A DNA stretch of 64,000 bases from a virus, in the IMG/VR virus record IMGVR_UViG_3300035698_012408; one strand, written 5' to 3'. The notes beneath the pieces were generated by a model that did not search any database, was not told the origin of the DNA, and saw only the letters and a list, made by a program, of their open reading frames with translations. Shown one piece after another: positions 1 to 15,468 of this stretch. The translations under genes and the position numbers were made by a program. Within the stretch, counting starts at the first letter, position 1; each line of letters begins with the position of its first letter.

Positions 1-275
1 CGCCTGGGATGCCTTGGTCGCCGTCTGCACCTGCTGGACCTGTGTACCCAGTAGGTCCGGTCGGCCCAGGAGGGCCGCCACCAGATGGACCTGCGGGACC
101 TGTAACGCCAGTGGGTCCGGTAGCACCCGTGTGCCCTGTGCAGCACGGACCTGTCGGGCCGGTACCGCCAGTGGGGCCAGTGCCGCCCGCACCTGCGGGG
201 CCAGTCCAACCTGTCCAACCTGTTGGACCTCGTGGACCTGTGGGGCCCGTCCAACCTGTCGGTGATGGCACAAAT
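1..275 (-). repeat. Collagen-like Gly-X-Y triplet repeat (coding), interrupted once by a Cys-Cys pair
   Basis: Hand translation of the minus strand gives uninterrupted G-X-Y runs on both sides of GPCCTG. The plus-strand ORFs 9..689 and 14..265 are the antisense image of this repeat. Confidence 0.8.
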
Positions 276-1864
276 GGCGGGAATTGGAAATCAAAGTCAA
301 AGAAATACTCACAATCGGAATCCGCCCCGACTCGCGTGACAGTCACCTCAACCGCAGCTGCTTCCCCTTCCACAACAGTGAGTGCTGCACTGCCGCCAAT
401 GGACGGACAGCCAGAATCAGGAAGTGTGAAGTCGAAGTCAAAGAAATATTCACATTCAGACTCAGTGCCGCCTCGCGTAATGACCAACTCCGCGAGTGGC
501 GTAGCACCAGGAGCTACCTCAACACGCGCACTTCCGTCAATGGACGGACACGGCGGGATAACGACGGGGATCGTGAAATCAAAACCGAAATCAAACTGGT
601 ATTCGCAGCTCGGATTACACGAGTCACCGCCGGTGACTGGTGTGATCGTCAAGTCCACATCAACCGCGGCCGATGGTGTCCCGCCGTAGCCATAGGCTTC
701 GCGGAACTGTGTCGAGACCGTGGCGATCGCAGAACCACCAATGCTTGGACACGGCACGATCGGCTTGGGGATCGTGAAATCGAAGTCGAAGTCGAACTGG
801 TAGTCGCAACTCGGGTTGCAGGAGTCGCCGCCGGTGGTTGGCGTGATTGTCAGGTTTACATCAACAGCTGGGTCGCCGCCGCACGGCACAGTAGAAGACC
901 CGTCAAAGCCGGTATTCACAGTGGCCGAGGCTTGCCCGCTGATTGCCGGACACGGAACGAGCGGTGGTGGAATCGTGAAATCAAAGGTGAAGTCGAACTG
1001 GTATTCACAGCTGGGATTGCACGAGTCTTCTCCGATAACCGGGGTGATCGACAGATCTACGGTGACGGCTGCGGAGTCTTCGCACGTCGGCGCCCCGCCC
1101 TCGTCTTCGTTGACATTGATCGTGGCGGTCGCTGAACCGTCAAGTGTGGGGCATGGGACGACCGGCGGCGGAATCGTAAAATCAAAATTGAAGTCGAACT
1201 GGTATTCACAGCTAGGATTACACGAGTCCTCGCCAAAGACCGGCGTGATCGACAGATCCACGGTGACAGCCGCAGAGTCTTCGCACGTTGGCTCCCCACC
1301 TTCATTGATATTGATCGTGGCGGTGGCCGAACCTTCGAGCGTCGGACACGGTGGTGCGGGGATCGGGATGTAGAAGTCGAAGTCGAAATCAAACTGACAT
1401 GAGTTGTCCGAGTTGCAGCTATCCGTGCCGGGTGTGGACGTGACTGTGATCGCAACCCGCGGCTCATCATTGCAGCCGGCGATCCCAGTGGCCACGGAAA
1501 TGGTACCATCGGCCGAGATCTCGGGACACGGGATGATCGGTGGCGGGATCATCAGATTGAAGTCGAAATCAAGCAGGAAATCGCACGATCCGCATGATTC
1601 CATCTTCGTAACGGTAGCGTCAACCTCGAAACGTGGCTCTTCGCATGGGTTGGTTCCCATAGCAATAGACGCATCAATACTGATGGCTATTTCAGGGCAG
1701 GGAATGGGCGGAGGCGGTACGTCGAACGGGATGTCGATGTCCGGGCAATCGAATATAGGCGGTGGCGCAGGCAGAATGGTGCAATCGCTGATGAAGCGAA
1801 AGTCCAGCTTATCCACATGCGGTACATCGCATTTTTCTTGATCAAATAGTGGTGGCCACGCCAT
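1..1864 (-). CDS. Tail-fibre-like protein, partial (C-terminus beyond the left edge): about eight Cys-rich ~67-aa modules followed by collagen-like Gly-X-Y repeats
   Basis: Absent from the ORF track because it has no stop inside the window. I translated the minus strand by hand from ATG 1864-1862; the in-frame TAG upstream is at 1891-1889. It reads [22 protein letters not shown]... and stays open to base 1. Repeated units end in C(E/D)YQFDFxFDFTIPxPxxPCP. From ~275 to 1 it reads [80 protein letters not shown]. Confidence 0.75.
   Translation of the reverse strand, partial: MAWPPLFDQEKCDVPHVDKLDFRFISDCTILPAPPPIFDCPDIDIPFDVPPPPIPCPEIAISIDASIAMGTNPCEEPRFEVDATVTKMESCGSCDFLLDFDFNLMIPPPIIPCPEISADGTISVATGIAGCNDEPRVAITVTSTPGTDSCNSDNSCQFDFDFDFYIPIPAPPCPTLEGSATATININEGGEPTCEDSAAVTVDLSITPVFGEDSCNPSCEYQFDFNFDFTIPPPVVPCPTLDGSATATINVNEDEGGAPTCEDSAAVTVDLSITPVIGEDSCNPSCEYQFDFTFDFTIPPPLVPCPAISGQASATVNTGFDGSSTVPCGGDPAVDVNLTITPTTGGDSCNPSCDYQFDFDFDFTIPKPIVPCPSIGGSAIATVSTQFREAYGYGGTPSAAVDVDLTITPVTGGDSCNPSCEYQFDFGFDFTIPVVIPPCPSIDGSARVEVAPGATPLAELVITRGGTESECEYFFDFDFTLPDSGCPSIGGSAALTVVEGEAAAVEVTVTRVGADSDCEYFFDFDFQFPPFVPSPTGWTGPTGPRGPTGWTGWTGPAGAGGTGPTGGTGPTGPCCTGHTGATGPTGVTGPAGPSGGGPPGPTGPTGYTGPAGADGDQGIPG
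250..1700 (-). repeat. Tandem ~201-bp (67-aa) coding modules; adjacent central copies are very similar at DNA level
   Basis: The landmark string gg(g)atcgtgaaatc recurs at ~568, 768, 969 and 1170, a period of about 201 bp. The units at 969-1169 and 1170-1370 are near-identical by eye. Outer units are more diverged. Confidence 0.75.
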
Positions 1865-1912
1865 CCTGGTATTCCCTGGCCTAAGCGACTAATCATGAGC
1901 CGCGTGTTACAA

Positions 1913-2941
1913 TTATTCTGAATCCAACGACAATGAGCTGCTTACTGCTTCCTCGTCTCCGAGGCACAACGCGAAGTCATCCAATGCTTTGTCAATGACC
2001 AATGTTCCGTCGGTGTCCGAGTAGACCCGGAAACCTGACCCCGCTGTGAGCTGGACGTTCCTGCCGCCGATGCCGTTGATCGTCTTGACGATCTGGCTGC
2101 ATCCGGGTCCGCCAGAGAGATGCGGGCTCCCGGCGGGCGGCGCTTCGCCTTCGTACACTGGCACTTCTTCACAGGGCTCTCCGTCTCCAGAACCGATGCC
2201 GGCTCCAATAATGATCGCATTCTCGCGAGTGTCCTGGCGAATCGTGCAATTGTACCCTTCTTTCCACTCTATATCGCCGTCGATACACAGTGCGGTGATA
2301 TATGGACCGTCTCTAGCGCCTTCGCTCGACGAGAAAGAGCACTCCGGTGGCGGCGTGGCCAGCGTTCGCTGGAAGTTGCCGAGGTTGCATGCTCGCAAGT
2401 AGGAGTCTTTTAGGCTCCGAATCCGACTCGGTTCGATCTGCCAGTAGCCTGCGGGGTACGTGAAGCTGTCACCGCTCGGTAGCAGGTCCGATAATGTCTC
2501 AAAATGCCCCGAAATCATGAAAGCTGACCATCTGGCAGCCTCTTCACAGCTTAACGGGTCCACCGGCTCTCCGACAATAGCAGACGCGTCGGCGTACTCC
2601 ACGAGGAATTCGGATGCGGTGGCGGAGTCGCGGGTGAAAACCACCTCGTGATTGGCCCCGTAGGGTGCAGTTGTCCGAAAACGGAACGTAAAAACGGTCC
2701 CAACACGTGAAATCTCGTATAAATAGACCGAATGGCCGTCGAATTCCGAATAATCCGAGTCAATTTCCATAATTGCACCGAAATCGACGATCGCGGCGTG
2801 CGGAACGTGATAATCTGCCGACAAACTGAGCGACATGGACTCGCTACTGACCTCCACGACGGCGGGTTCCAGTGGAAGCACCTTCGTCGTGAACGGGTAG
2901 TCACGAAATTCGTTGTCGTTGTAAAATCCAGGGTTAGCCAT
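1913..2941 (-). CDS. Tail-fibre / receptor-binding paralogue (342 aa)
   Basis: ORF track, ATG at 2941. N-terminal FRDYPF motif shared with the neighbouring fibre genes. TINGIGGRNVQL fibre-type motif. Ser-rich acidic patches (SSESMSLSLS, SSSLSLDSE). Confidence 0.55.
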   Translation of the reverse strand: MANPGFYNDNEFRDYPFTTKVLPLEPAVVEVSSESMSLSLSADYHVPHAAIVDFGAIMEIDSDYSEFDGHSVYLYEISRVGTVFTFRFRTTAPYGANHEVVFTRDSATASEFLVEYADASAIVGEPVDPLSCEEAARWSAFMISGHFETLSDLLPSGDSFTYPAGYWQIEPSRIRSLKDSYLRACNLGNFQRTLATPPPECSFSSSEGARDGPYITALCIDGDIEWKEGYNCTIRQDTRENAIIIGAGIGSGDGEPCEEVPVYEGEAPPAGSPHLSGGPGCSQIVKTINGIGGRNVQLTAGSGFRVYSDTDGTLVIDKALDDFALCLGDEEAVSSSLSLDSE

Positions 2942-2954
2942 TGCTCATTCTCAG

Positions 2955-3713
2955 TTAAACGGTTTTTCCGATAGCGTCAAACACGAGATTTCCGCCTTCG
3001 GCGAAGACTCGCACGATCGTTTCTTCGTTATGCTGGTCTCCGACTGTGATATTGAAGTTGCCATGCTCGTCCGGCGGACAATTATTGATGCTTTTGATGA
3101 AATTTGGAGTGGTAAACAGGTCAACGACCTCACAATTCTCTCGCAAGAACAGCACATCGCCAACAATATCCACTCGGATGATGGAATCTCCGGCTTGGGA
3201 CACTACCACGCCGTTATCGCCGACAATTAGTGCGTCTTTTGTCAAAACTTCGCCATTTTCTGTCACCAATCCGCGAACTCCGACTTCTGGCGTCGGAATC
3301 ACGCAGGTAGCAGTAAAAGTCGTGGCTACCGGCTCGAACGGGTAGGTCCCAGCGTTCCACGAGCTGAGCCGCGATAGTCGGACGCTCTCGGAGACCAGCA
3401 CACCGGCCGGCCGATCCCAGGTGTCGACGAGGTACAAAACGTCTGGGGCGAACAACGGATCGAAGCGAACGGTGGCCTGGGCCCGTCGTGTTCGATCCGA
3501 CACGGTAATTGTAACATCGCGTGGCGAGATCACGTAGATCTCAGAAATGTAGAGATACCCGAGAGCCCCAATAGGGTAAAGGGACGCGTCGAGGAACAGG
3601 TCAAAATCAATAAGCTGCGTGCCACCGCTCGACAACGTCGCAGTGTCCTTGAATGGATACCGCGTCGGGGCGTACTGATCTCGAAATTCAGGAAATAAAC
3701 GACGCTCAGGCAT
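2955..3713 (-). CDS. Tail-fibre paralogue (252 aa)
   Basis: ATG at 3713 overlaps the upstream stop (ATGCCTGA, 8 nt). PTRYPFKDTAT N-terminal motif. SINNCPPDEHGNFNI fibre motif. Confidence 0.55.
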   Translation of the reverse strand: MPERRLFPEFRDQYAPTRYPFKDTATLSSGGTQLIDFDLFLDASLYPIGALGYLYISEIYVISPRDVTITVSDRTRRAQATVRFDPLFAPDVLYLVDTWDRPAGVLVSESVRLSRLSSWNAGTYPFEPVATTFTATCVIPTPEVGVRGLVTENGEVLTKDALIVGDNGVVVSQAGDSIIRVDIVGDVLFLRENCEVVDLFTTPNFIKSINNCPPDEHGNFNITVGDQHNEETIVRVFAEGGNLVFDAIGKTV

Positions 3714-5367
3714 CTTCTAAGCTCCAAAATCCAAAAGTGGTAATGGCACGGTCTACTACGACTCCGTGCTTGCCGGATGGCGTACCATACCGGCTTGTCT
3801 GCAACGCCGTGGTCACAGCGGGCCAGCCAGGATTATCCAAGTTTCGCACGCTCACGGATATGACAACATCGCCGACAACCGTCGGGTGCTCAACCGCTGT
3901 CACGTCCAGCTCGTACCATGTGCCAAGGCTAAACGGCAAGCCGGGACTGACGGTGAACTCCAGGATCGTCATATTCCCATTATACCGTTTGATCTCGATT
4001 TTATTCGTAACGCGATTCAAAAATACCATGAAGTATTGCAACAGCGGGTTTGTCATCGGATCTTCAACATGGTAATTCAGCACGATGCCGCCATTGATGC
4101 GGCTCCGGCTATCGTTGGTCAATTGCAGATGCGTCCGCACGCGGTGATTGATTGCAGGGTCGCACCCGCAGTCGTCGAAGATCGCGAGATTTCGTTGCCA
4201 ACCTTCAGTGGACTGCCATGCGCTACCGGCATGCAAGGATGATGACGACGGCGGCTGCGCGAAAGAGGGAAGCGAGTCGGATGACGGCTCGTACGGGTCG
4301 AAACTATCGACCAACACGAAGCCACCGGCCCGCACGTCCCAACTCAGGTGTTGATACGGCTCGAAGAACTCCAAGAACGGCAGATCCACGCACACTTCCG
4401 CCTCTGAGGATTCAGAAGGGGTAGGTTGTGGTGGTTCTTCGCTCTCGGAACTCAATGACTCGCTGTCAACACTTGCCGCCGACGACGCACTCATGCTGCT
4501 GCTCTCTATGCAGTAATCTTCACCCGGGAAGCGGTTTACCGTGCCGTCGCCACAAACATCATCGATCCCGAGGGATTGGTTGATTATCACGCCCGCGTCG
4601 TCTGCTCCGCATGACTCGTACGGCGTGGCCTCAAGTTTGTTGAATATGATATTCAAATTGCCGTTGCAGTCAGGCCGCACCCCGTTGACAGTCTCCACAC
4701 CCTCCTTGAGGCAATTTCGGCTCTCCGGTCGCACGCCACACGGCCCGATGTAATCTTTCAGCACGCTGCGGCCGTCCAGAGCATTGATCAGACGAATGAC
4801 GAGGGCTTCTCGCTCCTCGTCGTTCACGTTGACGAACTCTCGGACTATCTCGATGTCTGGGCCTGCTAGGATGCGTACGAGGCCCGTTAGGCCGTCGATC
4901 CGTCCCATCTTCCGCATAGTCGGAATCGGCAACGCATCGTAAGGACGGGCTACGTGGGGAGCGATGAGCCCTTGCTGTGGCGTCGCCAGCCGGATGCTGA
5001 AGTCCTCGGCCACGTCACCGAACACGATGAACCCGCCGACACCTGGGTAAAGAGGCTCCACATTGTAGTAAACGTGGCGAGCTACCGGCTTTTGCAGCGT
5101 CACAGCAGCCAACGGGGTGAACGCACTCGCTGCCGTGGGCGAGTCGGCACCCAGGATCACAGCGGTGACAAGGTTCTCCGTAACCGTCAGGCCGCCAAGA
5201 AACGCATACTGCCCAGCCGTGCTGGGGAATCGCAAGGAGAGGTCGACGACTATGTCATCACGCAGCCGTTTGATCGTATCGTCATCCGTACCGGTAGCCG
5301 TGTCGTCCAGCGGATACCGTCGCGACATCTGTGCGTTGAACCAGTTTTGATTACGAAGGGTACTCAT
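3706..5367 (-). CDS. Tail-fibre paralogue (553 aa)
   Basis: ATG at 5367 directly abuts the stop of the giant gene (TAAATG). SRRYPLDDTATG N-terminal motif. TVNGVRPDCNGNLNI motif. Ser/Glu linker SSSMSASSAASVDSESLSSESEEPPQPTPSESSEAE. Confidence 0.55.
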   Translation of the reverse strand: MSTLRNQNWFNAQMSRRYPLDDTATGTDDDTIKRLRDDIVVDLSLRFPSTAGQYAFLGGLTVTENLVTAVILGADSPTAASAFTPLAAVTLQKPVARHVYYNVEPLYPGVGGFIVFGDVAEDFSIRLATPQQGLIAPHVARPYDALPIPTMRKMGRIDGLTGLVRILAGPDIEIVREFVNVNDEEREALVIRLINALDGRSVLKDYIGPCGVRPESRNCLKEGVETVNGVRPDCNGNLNIIFNKLEATPYESCGADDAGVIINQSLGIDDVCGDGTVNRFPGEDYCIESSSMSASSAASVDSESLSSESEEPPQPTPSESSEAEVCVDLPFLEFFEPYQHLSWDVRAGGFVLVDSFDPYEPSSDSLPSFAQPPSSSSLHAGSAWQSTEGWQRNLAIFDDCGCDPAINHRVRTHLQLTNDSRSRINGGIVLNYHVEDPMTNPLLQYFMVFLNRVTNKIEIKRYNGNMTILEFTVSPGLPFSLGTWYELDVTAVEHPTVVGDVVISVSVRNLDNPGWPAVTTALQTSRYGTPSGKHGVVVDRAITTFGFWSLEDA

Positions 5368-11157
<5,790 letters not shown>

Positions 11158-11176
11158 TTGATATTCCCGATACCGC

Positions 11177-12127
11177 TTAACACTCGATACAACCCTGGTC
11201 GGACAGCCTGCTACCGAGCACGACGTTACTCATCTGTGTCACCTCGGAACCGAGGGTGCTTGCAAAGTTCTGAAGTGTCAGCACGCCGTCAGCAAATCGT
11301 TCGATCTGCCGTGTCAATGCTTCCAGCTCTTCACAACCGCAGCACGGCTCTGAACACTTATCCTCAAACATTAGCCCGTTATCAATCGGGCTGAGCTCCA
11401 TGCACTTGTTCCCGACCATGCGGAAATTACCGTTGGGTAGCGGCGGAATACCGTTGATGAAGCGGATGCAGTCGCCTTCACCTTCCTCTTCACATACGCA
11501 GTCTTCGTTAAGCCCTTCACCGTCGATAGCGGAGAACACAATGACGGGAGCCTCCGTGCCGACCTGACTTGCGGTGATCCGCATGTTGTCGCCGGCTATG
11601 AGTTCCACGTCACCGTAGATCGGTTCGCTTCGGTCAGCACCATTGACTACCGTGAGCCCGGCGATCCCTCGCACCATCGGGTTGATAGCGTCAGACTCCA
11701 GCGTGGTGGCGGCCGGATCAAATATGTACTCACCGGGGGGCAGCATGTCCACAGTATCGAGCACGGCGATCGTGACATACCCGAACGTGTCGTAGAAGTC
11801 ACCAGCACCGGGCAGCGCGTAGGTCATGCCTTCAACGTGGCCGAGACGTGTCACGCTCGTGCTGGCGACGATCGGCGGACTGGTTGTGCCGTCATCGTAG
11901 CCAAATACAAGCGTGTAACCCGTGGGATAGATCCCGAGCCGCTGAAGATAGAATTTCGTCGGTTCCACCGCCAATCCGGCATGGACTGGTAGATCTAAAC
12001 CGATAATGAAGTCGTCTGGCAACTCAATCGTTTCAGTCTGGTCTTTGCCGCTCCCCTCGTCGAGGAACGGATAAGACCGTTGACTGTTATGATTGGGCCA
12101 TTGTAAATTCCAGTGTGTCATACCCAT
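11177..12127 (-). CDS. Tail-fibre paralogue (~316 aa)
   Basis: The track start is 12145. I prefer ATG 12127: AAGGAG lies 8 nt upstream and there is a TAATG overlap with the endonuclease stop. SQRSYPFLDEGSG N-terminal motif. FINGIPPLPNGNFRM fibre motif. Confidence 0.55.
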   Translation of the reverse strand: MGMTHWNLQWPNHNSQRSYPFLDEGSGKDQTETIELPDDFIIGLDLPVHAGLAVEPTKFYLQRLGIYPTGYTLVFGYDDGTTSPPIVASTSVTRLGHVEGMTYALPGAGDFYDTFGYVTIAVLDTVDMLPPGEYIFDPAATTLESDAINPMVRGIAGLTVVNGADRSEPIYGDVELIAGDNMRITASQVGTEAPVIVFSAIDGEGLNEDCVCEEEGEGDCIRFINGIPPLPNGNFRMVGNKCMELSPIDNGLMFEDKCSEPCCGCEELEALTRQIERFADGVLTLQNFASTLGSEVTQMSNVVLGSRLSDQGCIEC

Positions 12128-12858
12128 TATGCCGACTCCTTGCATTTACTGTATTGTGCCTTTTTCCTATCGCAATTACAGCGACGACAATATGCAGCAA
12201 ATCCTGCCGGTTGTTGTTTGTCTTTGTTAAAGTGCTGTCTATCTTTGTATTTACGACATTTTGAGCACCATATTTTATTATTTAAGACTTTTATCGGACG
12301 ACTCGCCGGGGCGATGATTGTAGCCTCCCACTCGGTACTGGTCTGACTGGCATACCGGCATAACCACCGTTTATGGTGTCGTGCTTTGCCACCCGCTACG
12401 CGGGACATCGCATTATGCGTTAATTCATTGTCCCGACAAAAAGCGTACAAATTCGTAATGACTTGCGAGAAACCGTCTGGATTCGTAACGATATATGTTT
12501 TACTCTTTGCCGCTAATATCGCTGCTTTACACTTCGGAGACTGCGGCACACCCCGCGTGTTACCAGCAGTAGCGCAAATGTTGAAACCTGTGGCTGCGCA
12601 GTTCAAAGTGTCAATCCAGTATTGTTCTTTTTCAAGCAACTGCTGCTGGTCACACAACTCAATCACCTCACACGTGAACGTGGACTCTCCGTATTTTACC
12701 CACGCAGCCTGTAAATGCGGATTAACATGGGAACCGCTACGTAACTGCGACAAATGCCGCGAGTACCAACGACGGTATATATTTGCACTGCTGCCAACGT
12801 AAATCTTCTCGTTTGCAGCACAACAAATTTTATAAATTCCAGCAAGTTTAGGTAACAT
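12127..12858 (-). CDS. GIY-YIG homing endonuclease (free-standing, I-TevI/Seg-like)
   Basis: N-terminal GIYKI...IYVGSSANIYRRW...H...L..GSHVNPHLQAAWVKYG...F.......E.YWI matches the GIY-YIG catalytic core. It is followed by a NUMOD3-like GVPQSPKCKAAILAAKSK and the nuclease-associated FCRDNELTHNAMSRVAGGKARHHKRW module. The C-terminus has a CxxC...CxxC cluster. The segment is visibly AT-richer than its flanks. Confidence 0.85.
   Translation of the reverse strand: MLPKLAGIYKICCAANEKIYVGSSANIYRRWYSRHLSQLRSGSHVNPHLQAAWVKYGESTFTCEVIELCDQQQLLEKEQYWIDTLNCAATGFNICATAGNTRGVPQSPKCKAAILAAKSKTYIVTNPDGFSQVITNLYAFCRDNELTHNAMSRVAGGKARHHKRWLCRYASQTSTEWEATIIAPASRPIKVLNNKIWCSKCRKYKDRQHFNKDKQQPAGFAAYCRRCNCDRKKAQYSKCKESA
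12127..12858 (-). mobile_element. Homing-endonuclease gene insertion between two fibre-module genes
   Basis: There is a compositional dip (long A/T runs such as tttattatttaagactttt) within an otherwise GC-rich block. The gene fills the gap between CDS 12862..14796 and 11177..12127 exactly. Confidence 0.7.
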
Positions 12859-12861
12859 AGC

Positions 12862-14796
12862 TTACGTCCCTGGTACTATGATTCCACCGATACGAATGAC
12901 ACCAATGTCTGCCGCGAACAGCGGAACGGCGCCCGAAGCTCGACTAAGTGTAACGTAGATCGTGTCGCCAGCCGCGACACTGAATTCTTCACTCTCTACC
13001 TCAATCACGTTGTCCAGCGGCAGATTCGTGCCGAGTCCGTCGTAATCGTCCGACGGCGTCACCACATCGAACGTGATTGCCGTATCGCCTTCAACGACCG
13101 GCGTTGGTACACCGTCCGTAGGTCGGGCAATTCGATAATAGCTCATGGTCATCGCGGAGAACGGGCCTTCAGCACGCCCCCAGACCAACGCACGGATCTT
13201 GATGTTCGGAGTTGTCGGGAGACCGCTCGGCGGTACGTTATACCGCATGCGGATAGCACTGTCTCGACCATCCGGGAAGCCGATGTATTCGACCTCCTTG
13301 TGCTCTCGCTCCAACGCGTCACCGAGGCGTGTGATCTGCGGGTTCATTTCCCGCTCCGTCGGATCGAGCTGCAACGTGGCAGTGACAATCCCTTGATGCA
13401 CTGCCGGGTTCGTCGCACTGATAGCCAGCGCGGGGTCCAGCCCACGCTGCCGTGTGCTGCTCAGGATCAACTCCTCTGAGCCAGCGATGATACCCTCGGT
13501 CATCCAGCCGACGCCGAACTTGAGCGTGCTGTCGACGATCTCCTTGAGGCACTGACCCCCGTAGTATTCGTTCGGGGCGATCATGGCCAGGATATTCAGT
13601 CGCGCGAACAGGTCGCCGGTTCGTGACACCTCACCGTCGCAATTCACGAACTCCAATGGTTCGTCGGTATCCGGCTGGAGGCTCGTCACCACCGTCTTAT
13701 GCGTGGCGAACGTCATCTTGATGAAGGACAGCACGAGCCGCATGGTGCTCGCTGCCGGGCACTCCGACCCTAGCGACTCGGATGAGGCACTGACGGAGGA
13801 GGCACTGCTGCTGCTCAGCGACTCAGAGAGCGGTGTGGTATTGAGCTCAGTCGGCCACGGCACTTGGTCGTAGCAATCGCTCATCCACCAGATGCCGTCC
13901 TTGGTGAACTGCACATAGGCATCATCCACCCGTACGGCGCCGTCTTCCCAGACGTTGGCAGTAGCGTAGCTCTTCTGCTTGAACATCTCCAGCAGCACTG
14001 CCGCGAGCGGGATCGGCGGCCACGAACGACTCAGCGGACTGTCGGCCGCCAAGTTGTAGCCGAACTTCGCCCCAGTTGGGGCTGTCCCGTCGAAGCTCAC
14101 GTCGTCGGCTGGTAGCCAACCCAGGGCTGTGACGTCCGCATCCGTGATCTCATGCACGCCGCCAACCTCCGGCGGCACGTGGACACCGGCGGGTGCCGGG
14201 GTCAGGTCGAACTGGAAATGGATATGATCTTCCAGGAAGTCCTGGAGCGACGGCATGATGAACATCCACGAGTCCGTCTCGCAGTCGTCCCGTGGGCCCA
14301 ACAGATAGGCCACCGGCACCGTGGCGGGCGGTCGCTGTCTCTTGAGCTTCCCAGCCGTCGTAGCGGACAGGTAGTACCGTCCGGGCGTCTGTTCGCCTTC
14401 GATAAGGTTGGTCAGCTGCTCCGGGGAGAGCTTCACCATGCCGGCCGTACCGATCGTACCACCGGTGGCTGAGTCCTTGTGGATGCACAACCCGATGGCA
14501 TTCGAGGCCAGCGTCAATGCGAACGTACCGGTCTCCGGGTCGAGTGCAGCACCGGCAAGCGCCTTCTCGTACTGTTTCGTGGTATCGTTCCAGAACACGG
14601 CATTTGCCACCAAGACGTCCGATTTCAACGTCCGCTCCGTGTGAACTAACAGCCGGCCAGCCTCGACCGCCTCCACCACCTCTTTGAGATAATTGGTGCG
14701 GCTTTCGAGCTCACGTGTAGCCGTACTGGTATTTCCGGCACTCACCGGAGACCGTGGCTGCACGTGTTGAACTCTGCTATTGAAATTTGTGGACAT
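12862..14796 (-). CDS. Baseplate-distal / fibre-associated structural protein (644 aa), function unknown
   Basis: ATG at 14796 with AAGGAG 7 nt upstream. Mid-protein Ser-rich linker SESLSSSSASSVSASSESLGSE. Lies between the baseplate and fibre genes. Confidence 0.45.
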   Translation of the reverse strand: MSTNFNSRVQHVQPRSPVSAGNTSTATRELESRTNYLKEVVEAVEAGRLLVHTERTLKSDVLVANAVFWNDTTKQYEKALAGAALDPETGTFALTLASNAIGLCIHKDSATGGTIGTAGMVKLSPEQLTNLIEGEQTPGRYYLSATTAGKLKRQRPPATVPVAYLLGPRDDCETDSWMFIMPSLQDFLEDHIHFQFDLTPAPAGVHVPPEVGGVHEITDADVTALGWLPADDVSFDGTAPTGAKFGYNLAADSPLSRSWPPIPLAAVLLEMFKQKSYATANVWEDGAVRVDDAYVQFTKDGIWWMSDCYDQVPWPTELNTTPLSESLSSSSASSVSASSESLGSECPAASTMRLVLSFIKMTFATHKTVVTSLQPDTDEPLEFVNCDGEVSRTGDLFARLNILAMIAPNEYYGGQCLKEIVDSTLKFGVGWMTEGIIAGSEELILSSTRQRGLDPALAISATNPAVHQGIVTATLQLDPTEREMNPQITRLGDALEREHKEVEYIGFPDGRDSAIRMRYNVPPSGLPTTPNIKIRALVWGRAEGPFSAMTMSYYRIARPTDGVPTPVVEGDTAITFDVVTPSDDYDGLGTNLPLDNVIEVESEEFSVAAGDTIYVTLSRASGAVPLFAADIGVIRIGGIIVPGT

Positions 14797-14808
14797 GGCC
14801 CAGCTCCT

Positions 14809-15453
14809 TTACTCGAATGCGACGTCCCAAGTTACGCCAAACTGCTTGGACGCCGACTTGACCTCTTGGTCTGCCGTCTCGAAATACGTCCTTGCGAAGA
14901 CGACATCCTGAGTCTGATCTTCAAATACGGGTGTCGCCACCAACGCGGCTCCGAACACCGTGGAATTTGCGGCACTCGTAAACGGCTTCCCGTTGACGCC
15001 CGCTACTCCCTGCGTCTGCGCATAGAACGTCAGACGGTTACCCGTCACGCCGCTCGTGAACCAATCCTCGAAGCCTTGTTCGATACTGATCCCCGGCTCC
15101 ACCAACAGTGGGACTCGCAGGAAGTCCCGCGTGCCGCTGTAGGCTAAGTCCGTGTAATATTCCGCACCTTCATCTCGGCCGAACGTCGGAGCAGACACGA
15201 TGTCGCCTGGGGAGGCTACGTTCTCATACTCGATATACAGCGAAGCGATACGAAAATCCCGGTCACCGAGTCCGATGGTCTTGGCAGCCACAAAGCCCCA
15301 AGAGTATTGAATCTGATTCGGTTTGATCGAAATCAGCTCCACACGGTTCGGCAGTTGCAACCCACGGCCTTCCGGCCCGGGTTCCGTGATACGCCATAAG
15401 CCAATTCGACCTTGGACGAGCGGATTGGCGATTCTGTCTTTTAGCTGATTCAT
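14809..15453 (-). CDS. Hypothetical structural protein (214 aa)
   Basis: ATG at 15453 with GGGAGG 5 nt upstream. Sits within the baseplate/fibre block. Confidence 0.65.
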   Translation of the reverse strand: MNQLKDRIANPLVQGRIGLWRITEPGPEGRGLQLPNRVELISIKPNQIQYSWGFVAAKTIGLGDRDFRIASLYIEYENVASPGDIVSAPTFGRDEGAEYYTDLAYSGTRDFLRVPLLVEPGISIEQGFEDWFTSGVTGNRLTFYAQTQGVAGVNGKPFTSAANSTVFGAALVATPVFEDQTQDVVFARTYFETADQEVKSASKQFGVTWDVAFE

Positions 15454-15468
15454 GGCAACCTCCCTGCG

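Noticed and set aside
9-1373. Plus-strand ORFs 9..689, 284..1135 and 816..1373, and minus-strand ORFs 1057..1509 and 1687..1896
   Set aside because: All are alternative frames of the repetitive fibre gene that I translated on the minus strand from 1864 to the window edge. Only that frame gives a continuous Cys-module plus Gly-X-Y protein.
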